Positions 7,933 to 17,000 of a DNA stretch of 64,000 nt are shown here, in pieces. Under the pieces are notes generated by a model. That model ran no database searches. It was not told the origin of the DNA and worked only from the letters and a program-made list of their open reading frames with translations. Within the stretch, counting starts at the first letter, position 1; each line of letters begins with the position of its first letter. The translations under genes were made by a program, and so were the position numbers. The stretch is taken from contig JAIOJV010000052.1 in NCBI GenBank assembly GCA_019911805.1, forward strand, positions 45,413 to 109,412, given 5' to 3'. The DNA is from Gammaproteobacteria bacterium (GTDB taxonomy: Bacteria > Pseudomonadota > Gammaproteobacteria > Thiohalobacterales > Thiohalobacteraceae).

Positions 7933-10900
7933 TCAGCTCCGCGTCACGGTGGTGGACGGTGCGCTCAGACGACCGCCGGGATCCAGTGTCACGACACGCC
8001 AGCTCGTGCCGCTGGGCGGGTCATCACCCACGGCATCCACGAAGTGGAAGGTACGGGCCAGATCGGTGCCCGTGGATGCCGTCGGGTCGTCCGCGAGCAC
8101 GGTGCCAACGCGCGTCTCGCGACCACCCGGCAGACGTCGATAGACGTCGAAGCGGTAGCCGCCCATGGCGCCGCGCCGCAGCCGTTCGGGGTGTCGCCAG
8201 GTGATCGTGGCGGCGGTGCCGCTGACGACGAGCGCAAGGCCTGTGGGTGCGGCCGGTGGATCGGGCGGGATAAGCGCCGAGCTGACCGCACCACTGGCCG
8301 GGCTCCATTCGCCCGGCAGGGTGGTGCCCGGGGGCGGTGGTGCCTGCACCTCCACGCGCCATGTCATGCGCGTCCACGGTGGGAGCGAGCCGCCGGCAAA
8401 AGGATCCGTACCGGCATCCAGCAGCTCTATCTCCTGCGGTCCGTCGGTGGCCGGATCGGCGTCCAGCGCGGGTGCCGGTATGTCACCTTCGGCGACGATC
8501 GGCATGCGCAGCGGGTCCGAGTCCGCTACGCTCCGGCGCAGCCGCCAGCGCGCCGCCGGCTGTGGTCCACGGACGACCGTGGCCGTGAAGCGCGCCGCGC
8601 CCTCGTCGCTGAAGCCCTCGAGGTCGAGCAGTGGGCGCGGCGGCGGTCCGCCCGATGGCACGGCCACCGGGAGCAGTGTCGCGGCCGTGAAGTCGCTCTC
8701 CACGTTCTGCACGCTGAGCGCCACGACCTTGAAGAAGGCGAGCACGCGCAGTGAACCCGACAGGTCGTGCGCGTAACGCAGGGCGGTGCCCTGGAGCGGC
8801 GCATCGGTGAGGTTGCTGAACAGGTCGCGCGTGAAGACGGCTGCATGTGCAGGATCGCTCCAGACAGCACCCCGGTGAGCCGCGTCGGGCGCGGCGTCGA
8901 CCGCCGTGACGACCGCTGCGGCGGCGGCATCCCCGGCGCCAGCCCGCTCCGCTAGCGCCGAGCGCAGCCGCGTCTCGTCGCTGGTGTAGACGCGGTACCG
9001 GGCATTCGGCGCGCCGGTCCATGACAACACCACGCGTGCCCGACCCACGGCGTCCGGGCGTGCGCTGTAGCGGAGCGTCGGATCCATCACGAGTGCGGCG
9101 GGTGGGCGCGGATCCACCAGTACCTTGCGCTGCTCCTCGGACGGGTCGCCGTAGCCGTCGTCATCGAACCAGTGAGCGACGAGCCTCGCCTCCACGCTCC
9201 CGGTACGTGCGATCATGCCGGCCGGCGGTGTGATGGTGATGGGGAACTTCGCCGGATGCACTACTGGCAGATTCACCTCCTCGTTGACCGTCACGCCGCC
9301 CACCGTCCCCGAGACCCGGGCGCCCACCAGCGGTCGGCTGCCGGCGGCGAGGTCGTCGACGCGCGGCAGGATGAGCACGGCGCGCAGCGTGCCGAAGCGC
9401 GGCGTATCGTCGAGCGGCGAGTCGTCGGCCAGATCGTACTCCAGCGACAGCACCGGCGCAGGTGGCCGGGTGCGGGGTTTGGCGGCGACGGCGCGGGTGC
9501 CCCAGTCACTCCACCGGCCCCACCAGTCGGCCTGCGCGATCCGATACTCCACCGCATCCGGCGGCGCCGAATCGTCGGCGTAGCGGCCGCTGCCTGTCTC
9601 GGTGGCCCCGTCGGGAACCGTGGGCACGAGGGCGAGCGCACGTCCACTGTCCGGGTGCCGCGCGTTGAGGCTCACGATCGGGCCGGTGCCGCTGTCGTGG
9701 CGAGCGACGGCCAGCGTCGGTGCCGCCGTGAGCCCGGCGAGCGGCAGGGTGATCTCCCGCTGCGCGGCAGGTGGCAGTACCTCGGGCACCCAGGTGCCGA
9801 GCGCGTCGCCCGTCGGCAGCGCCTGGGTCGTGCCGGTGGCCCCCAGCTGCTCGGCGGGCAGGAGCGGCGTACCCACCAGCGGTGCCGATGGGCGCGCTGG
9901 TGGTGCCCCGCGGACGACGAACAGCGGCACGGTGAAGTCGTATACCGGCAGCCCGTCGGCCGACAGGTGCGGCACCGTAAAGGGCAGCGCCAGTACATTC
10001 GCTGGCGCGGTCATCGGGCCACCAGCGACCAGCAGCGATATCAACTGCGCGACATCGAGCTTCGCGTTGTCCACAGCCAGGAAGCCGCGGATGAAATAGA
10101 GCTCGAAGGGCTGTGGATCCGCGGGTGGCAGGTCCACGTCCATGAAGCCCAGCCAGCGCGCCATACCCGGATCCGCAGTACCGGCCAGCACCGCATCCAG
10201 GCTGTTGAGTTGTGCCGTGGCGACGGTGGCACCGCTGGTGACCCCTTCATCGAGGTCGACCGTGCTGCCGAGATCGTGCTGGCGCGTGGAGAGATCCTCG
10301 AGTAGCTGCTTGAGATGCGGTTCGAGCTCACGTGTGAGTGGCTCGACGCGCGTCCATTCGTCATTGTCGGTGGCGGGTGGTGCGAGCGCCGCGGAAGCGA
10401 CGGTGGGGTCGTCGTGCAGCCCCAGCCGCTGCGGTGCGCCGCGGCGCACCCGGTTCTCAGCGGTGTCGCGCGCGAACGGCAGGCCCCGGTAGCGGGGCGC
10501 CGACTCGTACGGCAGGGCGAGGAAACTGGTTGGCTTGAACTTCTCCACCGCGCGTACGTCGGCGGCTACCCAGGCCGCGGCACGCACCACCCCCTCCCCG
10601 GAGATCACCACGCCATCGATGTGCGAACCGGCCACGGTGTACGGCGACGCGGTGCGTTCGCCGATGAAGCGGCGCCCAGCCGTTGTGTCGACATAGGCCG
10701 CTACGACCAGCGCATCCTCCGTTCCATGCGTTTCCATTGGACGGTGGGTGAGGACCGGCGTCCGACGGTTCCGCCCACCCTGTACGCTCACCGCGATCGC
10801 GACCTCGCCGCTGTTGCGCAAGAGGTGGCCCGTGACCGGATTGTCCGGCGTCACGGTGAACGGGAGTGTGAGCACGCGTCCGTACGCATCCACCCAGGCG

Positions 10901-11097
10901 ATGCCGGTACGTGTGCCGCGCGCGACGAGGTCCTGCACGATCTCCTTCTCCACGCGATAGACGAGGAAAGGGCAGACCGGCAGCCCGAGCTGCGGCGCTA
11001 CGTACACCCGGAGATGGATGCCGTCGACAAGGTGGGGGTCGCCGGCACCGTCGATGCCGGAGGCACCCATGGCCCAGCGTGGAGGCAGTGCGCTCAT
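7933..11097 (-). CDS. hypothetical 1054-aa protein, gene 3 of giant operon; FN3-like C-terminal modules
   Basis: Uninterrupted ORF whose ATG (11097-11095) overlaps the upstream stop (11096-11094) as ATGA. The C-terminal 108 aa (PTGLALVVSGTAATITWRHP...GYRFDVYRR...SWRVVTLDPGGRLSAPS) look like a fibronectin type III fold. Confidence 0.8.
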   Translation of the reverse strand: MSALPPRWAMGASGIDGAGDPHLVDGIHLRVYVAPQLGLPVCPFLVYRVEKEIVQDLVARGTRTGIAWVDAYGRVLTLPFTVTPDNPVTGHLLRNSGEVAIAVSVQGGRNRRTPVLTHRPMETHGTEDALVVAAYVDTTAGRRFIGERTASPYTVAGSHIDGVVISGEGVVRAAAWVAADVRAVEKFKPTSFLALPYESAPRYRGLPFARDTAENRVRRGAPQRLGLHDDPTVASAALAPPATDNDEWTRVEPLTRELEPHLKQLLEDLSTRQHDLGSTVDLDEGVTSGATVATAQLNSLDAVLAGTADPGMARWLGFMDVDLPPADPQPFELYFIRGFLAVDNAKLDVAQLISLLVAGGPMTAPANVLALPFTVPHLSADGLPVYDFTVPLFVVRGAPPARPSAPLVGTPLLPAEQLGATGTTQALPTGDALGTWVPEVLPPAAQREITLPLAGLTAAPTLAVARHDSGTGPIVSLNARHPDSGRALALVPTVPDGATETGSGRYADDSAPPDAVEYRIAQADWWGRWSDWGTRAVAAKPRTRPPAPVLSLEYDLADDSPLDDTPRFGTLRAVLILPRVDDLAAGSRPLVGARVSGTVGGVTVNEEVNLPVVHPAKFPITITPPAGMIARTGSVEARLVAHWFDDDGYGDPSEEQRKVLVDPRPPAALVMDPTLRYSARPDAVGRARVVLSWTGAPNARYRVYTSDETRLRSALAERAGAGDAAAAAVVTAVDAAPDAAHRGAVWSDPAHAAVFTRDLFSNLTDAPLQGTALRYAHDLSGSLRVLAFFKVVALSVQNVESDFTAATLLPVAVPSGGPPPRPLLDLEGFSDEGAARFTATVVRGPQPAARWRLRRSVADSDPLRMPIVAEGDIPAPALDADPATDGPQEIELLDAGTDPFAGGSLPPWTRMTWRVEVQAPPPPGTTLPGEWSPASGAVSSALIPPDPPAAPTGLALVVSGTAATITWRHPERLRRGAMGGYRFDVYRRLPGGRETRVGTVLADDPTASTGTDLARTFHFVDAVGDDPPSGTSWRVVTLDPGGRLSAPSTTVTRS

Positions 11098-14000
11098 GTC
11101 CGCTCCTGCAGGACGACCAGCGGAATGGAGTTGATGCTGCGGGAAGCGATGCGCGTGCCGGCTGGTTCGGTGATGCGCAACTGCAGGCTGGCCTGCTCCG
11201 GTACCGCGATGCCGGGTGAGCAGGCGAGGAGCACGCGTGTCGCCGACTCGTTCGAGCGTACGGGCACGAGCGTGGAGGGAGCGGGGGACGCTATGCCCGG
11301 GATACTCGCGTCGAGGATGTCGAGGCGGGGCGGGTTGCTGACCGGATCGATCAGCCGTGGTGCGCGCAGCAGTGCCTCGTCACTATCGAGGAGCAGCCCT
11401 ACCAGCCGCCACTGTGTGTCAACCTCAGTGTCAACCTTAAGCCAGAGCGCCACCGACCGCGGGCCGCTGGCCGGCGCGAATGGATCGAGCCCGATGGCAG
11501 TGAGCGCCGCGTCCAACAGTTCATCGTCGGCGAGCTGCTCGTCGGACGGCGGCGCGCCGGTCACCAGCACGTCGAGCGGATAGAACGGATTGGGTGTCGT
11601 GAAGCCGAAGCCGGTGGCCTCAATGAGTTCAGTGACATCGGTGTAGCGTGAGGCGCGGAAGTGCGAGAGCCCGATGTCGATAGCCGCGCCACCAGCCGAA
11701 GGCACGGCCTGTACCACCAGATCGTAGCGTGCCCGTGGTGCGAGTTCGGCCGTCACCTGCAACGTTGCGCCATCCACCGGTGCATCCTCCAGGCACGGTG
11801 CGGCCACCGCCGCGCTGATGAGTCGCTGGTCGGCCAGGTTGCGCAGCTCGAACGGCAGTCCGCCCCATACGAATGGTTCCAGCAGGGGCAGGATCACTAC
11901 CGGGATGCCCGATGGCGGTGTAGGCGGTGGATCGGTGCGGCGCACGATCACCTGCAGCGCGTAGCCATAGCGGTCGAGCAGGTCCTCGATCCACTCCACC
12001 TCGAACCACACCAGTAGCGGATCGCCGCGCAGATGGGACGGCACTTCGGCCACCGGGTCGAAGCCCCGCAGGTAGCGTGCGAGTGCGCGTGGATCGAACC
12101 GTTGCTGCTTCGCGAAGTCCCGCAGCTCGGCGTCGGGAAGTGTGCCGACATCGGCCGTCCGGAAGTGGAAGCGAGGTGCGTGATCCGTGATCGTAACGCC
12201 GGACGGCGGGGCGTCGAAATCCAGCGTCGACGCCGACGGAGGGGTCTGGGTGGACTCCTCGCCCACCCATACCGCCGCGCGGTACCTGATCTGAACGGCA
12301 TAGCGCATGCCAGGGTCGAGCAACCTGTAGCGTTCGATGGGATTCTCGGTTTCGGTCGCGTTGTTCCACGCATCGCGCAGCTCGTCGCGCGCGGCATCGT
12401 CGTTGTCGGCAGCGACGATGGCGTCGTGCCGGATACCACAGATGCGCACCACGCCGATGTGGAAGTAGGGATAGGGCATCACCTGGAAGGCAGTCCACGG
12501 CCCCGCGATGCGCGGCCGGTAGCGCACGTAGGCACAGCCATGGCGCCCCTTCACCGACACGCTCAGGATTTCGCCGGGCCACGCCTGCGGCTTGCCCTGG
12601 CTCGTTCCAAATACGATCGGCAGTGGCAGCCGCGGCGGCGCCTTGCGATTCACCGTGGCCGACAGGCTGGCGGGCTGGAACAGCGACATGATCTGCGCCA
12701 CGATCTTCTCCTCACCGACGAACGTGTCGATGTCGTGGCAGAAGCTGATCAGGTGTCCCACGCCACGATTCATCTTGATCCGCACGGACAGGATGCCCGC
12801 ACCCCGCAGGGTGATCGCGTGCACCATGCCTGCCGGCCCCCGGGACGTCTCCTGTGCCACGACCCGACCATCGCCATCGAGACCGTACGCGGCAATCGTC
12901 GCAGCCTCGGTCGCGCCGAGTTGTAATGAGACACGATCGGTCTCCGTGGGCAGGGCCGCCTGGAGCGCACCATCGCTGAAGGTCAGCTCGTGGTTGCCGT
13001 CCGGTGCGTTAACGGGGAACTTGTCGGCCGCACCGAGCAGGCCACGCCCGGCGCTGAAGCGCACGTTGCCAATCCTGATCTCGCTGCCGCGGAAGCGCTC
13101 GTAGCGCTTGAGCTGCGCCATATCGAGGCAGCTCGTCTCGCGTCCGCCAATGTCCGGCACGGTGAGGCACACGGCGAGGAGTAATTCCGGCTCCGACACC
13201 TCGGGCACGAACGTGCCCTGGATACCCAGGCTCATCGCCGTGACCGAGGCCCGGGTGTACCGGGGCAATCGCCAGGCGTGCGTGAGCGCCACCGACTCGC
13301 CGGCCGGCGTGAAGGGGATCGGCAGCGCCCCACTCACCCCGGGTTCGAACCCGAAGCCGAAGATGGCGGCCAGCGCGCTGAGCGTCGTCACCGGGAAGCT
13401 GGGCGGCACGCCCTCCATGCCGGCTACGAAGAAGTCGGGCGGGTAGGGCGTGTGGCCGCTCGGCGGTGCCGTGAACTGCACGCGCCCCGGGGCGATCCGC
13501 TTACCGGTGCCGCCGAGCACACAGTAGTGCGTGGGTCGTGGCGCCGGATCGCAGACGCGGCCGAGATTGTCAGCCGGATCGGATGACAGCCCTTCACCAC
13601 CCTCGGTGTGCGCCCGTGACCAGGGCGCCGGATCCCAACGCAGCAGCGCCAGATCCCAGCCTTCGTGCGTGGATGCCGGCGTGCTGCCGTCCGCGGGTAC
13701 GGCGGGACGGAAGGAGGGCATCCACCAGACCGCCGGCCAGGTGTGCGTGTCGAGTGTGGACTCGCTGCCATCGGCCTCTATGCGCACGAGTTCCACTGCT
13801 TGCAATTCGTAGAGGTAGCGCACGCGATTCGTACCCGACCACTCCACCCCTCCCCAACCCTGGGTCGGTGAGGGTGCGAATCCGGTGGGTGTGGTCGGGA
13901 TGCTGGAACGCACGCGGTGAGCGAAACGCAGCACCGGCACCGTATCCGGCCACGCCGTCTGGGCGCTACCCAGCCCGACGAGCGCCTCCTGGCCCGCGCC

Positions 14001-17000
14001 GACCACGCGCGTGAATTTGTCGGCCAGGACCAGGCTGGTCACGAGCGGGTCGGCAGGCGGCGGTGCCAGTGCGGGGGTGGAGCCGACCGTGAAGTCGACG
14101 CAGCCCTTGATGCTGAAGAAGAAGAAATCCACCTTGCCGCAGAACTTGCCGACGAGCTGCGAACCGGTCTCGGTGATGAGCGCTTCGAGTTCGCCCGAGG
14201 CGCTGAGACTGACGATCACCAGGCGCAGCTCGCCAGACACGTACAGCCCGCCGGCGAGCACGAACGGCCGCGTGCCCATTCCCACCAGCACGGAGATGGA
14301 CGCCTTGAGGTAGATGGAGCTACCTCCCCATTTCACACTCAGGCCGGCGCCCATCCCGATCGAGAAGCCCTCGAAGTTGAGCGTGTCGCGTTTGCCGAGC
14401 TTCCGGAGGTGACGCTCCTCCACCATGAAGAACGCCGTCGCCCGAAGGTCGAGAATGTCGGGGAGTAGTTGCACCGTGACCGGACGATCGGGCCGGTCGT
14501 CGCCGCCGTCGGAGCCCACACGCACGTACCCGCCCTGCGTGCTCGTCTGCAGCGGGAAGTAGGCACCGACCGGCACCTGCAGCTTGAGGACGCGCGGGAT
14601 CTCGTAATCGGCGCTGATGGCGACGCCGATGGCCGTGGGATCGATGGAGACGATGCCCAGCAGTTGCAGCCCGCCCCCCGCGGGTGTACTGGAACGGTCT
14701 TCCTCGGCCGCACCAACCGGGGGCTTCACCAATACCGCCTCGATGGAGAAGACGACCGAGATATCGGGGAAGCCGATCGTGAGCATCCCCTTTGCGTTGA
14801 ACGTGAACGCGGCGTCGGGGAGCGTGCCGACCATCGCGCCGAAGCCCACTGCGAACTGGCTGGATTGCGGCTTGTACTTGGTGAGCGACGAACGCCTGTG
14901 CCAGCCGACCTCGCGGGCGTAGACGTCAACGGGATCCAGCCCGTCCAGGTTACGCGCTCCGTTGGCCACGAAGCGACCGGCAAATCCGAACAGGCCGAGA
15001 CCGGTATTGCCCAGCGGGATGCCGGTGGCGAACTGCACACCGCCCTCGATATGCACCATGCTCGGGTCGCGATAGGCGAAGCTGCCCCACGCCTTCAGCT
15101 TGGCCGGGATGATATCGAGCTCCAGGCTCGCCCCGAACCCGTCCGGCAGGATCATCAACTCGCCGCCGCCCTTCACCGCGGCCGGTACGTCGATCGAGGC
15201 CTTGATGCCGCGGATACCTACCGAGATCGACGGCGGCTCGACATCGGTATCGATCTCCAGCCGGATGGTCGTGCGCGAGATCTTCACCACGCCCAGATCA
15301 AGCGCGAACTCGATGTCCACCTCCACCCAGATCGAGCCCGCACCGACACGGATCGCGGTGATTCCCAGCAGCCTGCCGAGCGCGCCGGTGATGGACCACC
15401 GCCCGGGATCGGCGACCTCGAACTGGGCGTCCTCGAAGACGAAGCGTACCCGCTCGAGCAGTGGCTTCGTGGTGTCGTGTTCGTACTCCAGCCCCACGTT
15501 CTTGTAGCGGACCTTGATCGGTTCGCTGGTGGACACGCCCACTGCGCCGCCCAGGTTCGCGCTCACGCCGAATGACGCGGTGTAGTCCACGCCGAGGCGC
15601 ACCTTCATCCCGTCGCTGGCGTCGATCGCCCGCAGGCGTGCCTCTCCCTCCAGCTTCTCGACGATGACCTTGCCATCCTTGATGACGTGCTCGCCATCGA
15701 TCTCGAGCGCCGCCGCGGCCGCCGCGGCGGCGGTGAGGGCGGCGATGCGCACGCCGGCGCCGGCCGGATCATCGGTCGTGATGCTGCCCAGCAGCGCCGG
15801 GGCCAGCGCGAGGGTCACGGCCACCGTCTCGTCGACGCGGCTCGCGGCGTCCGGTTTCACGATGGCGAACAGTCCATCGGCATCGCCCATGGAGTCGAGC
15901 GAGAGCAGGAACGAGGTCTGTCCGCTGCGCTGGTCGGTGGTGAAGCGGGCGATGATGCGCCAGAGATCGGGACCGGTGCCCGGATTCGGATTGACCGGCG
16001 CGACGGTGCTGCCGCCCGACAGTCCCGGTACCTGTACGTCGGTGGACGCCCACTCGAGCGTGATCTGCGCCAGCGTGGGTATCCAGTCCACATCGTTCAC
16101 GATGCTCGGCGAATCCCAGGCTGCCTTCACCGCCAGCCGATAGGCCGGTTGCGGCATGCTCGGATCGTGCGGAGCCGTGGTCTCGGGGTCCTCGCCCGGC
16201 ACCAGGGCGCGCATGAGGTCGGCACCGCGGGTGGCGGACTCGCCGCTGTCCGGTACCGGCGGCGTGGTGGCGGGGTCGCTCAGAATCGCGTAGATGTCCA
16301 CGCCGCGCGCCGCGATCCGCTCCGGACGCGATTGCGTGTCGCCCCAACTGGCGCGCGTGGCATCGTCGTAGTCCACGAGGATGCGCCAGGCCTCGTCGAT
16401 CTCGTCGCGGATCGGGCCGGTAGGCGCGAAGTTCGTCGCGTTGGCGTAGGCCGCGCCGTCGGGGCCGGGCACCATCCCCTGCTCGCCGATGCCCTGGATG
16501 CGCGCCGCATCGACGCCCGCCGCGATGAGCATGTCGCGTCCCTTGGCAAAGCGCTCGTTGGCCAGGTCGCGATTGCGGGTCTCTGTGCTGATCCGGATGT
16601 CACAGCATCGACCGATCACGATGAACCGCGTGTCGCCCGGCAGGGAAGCTACCCAGGCGCTGATGTCGCCGGTGCCGGGAGGAGCGCCGATGAGCGCATC
16701 GTCGGGCGAATCCAGTTGTTCGCTAGTCCCGAGATAGCGCGGGTACGGTCTGGGTGGCCCGAATGGGAGTGCCTCGGATGCATGGATGCGTCGCCACGAC
16801 GTGGGGGTGTTGTCATTGAAGTTCATCCGGATAAACAGATGACGTAGCGGCGACATCGTGGGTGGCGGTGGCGTCGCCGGATCGGTGGGATCGGTGTTCT
16901 CGCCGATCGTCACCTCGGCCAGCGTGCCCTGCGGCACGCTGAGCACACCCCCGCTCAGCGTCGCCGGGGAGGAGGCGGCAATGCGTGCATCGGTGGCGTG

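Noticed and set aside
5792-8143. Very long ORFs on the opposite strand or in alternative frames of the giant operon. Examples: 5792..8143 (+, 783 aa), 9172..10305, 10315..11583, 12033..12926, 14469..15575, 15687..16847, 38912..40063.
   Set aside because: They lie antisense to or out of frame with ORFs that show strong third-position G/C bias. Their translations are Arg/Gly/His/Pro-rich low-complexity strings with no motifs. This is the usual stop-codon-poor artefact of high-GC DNA.
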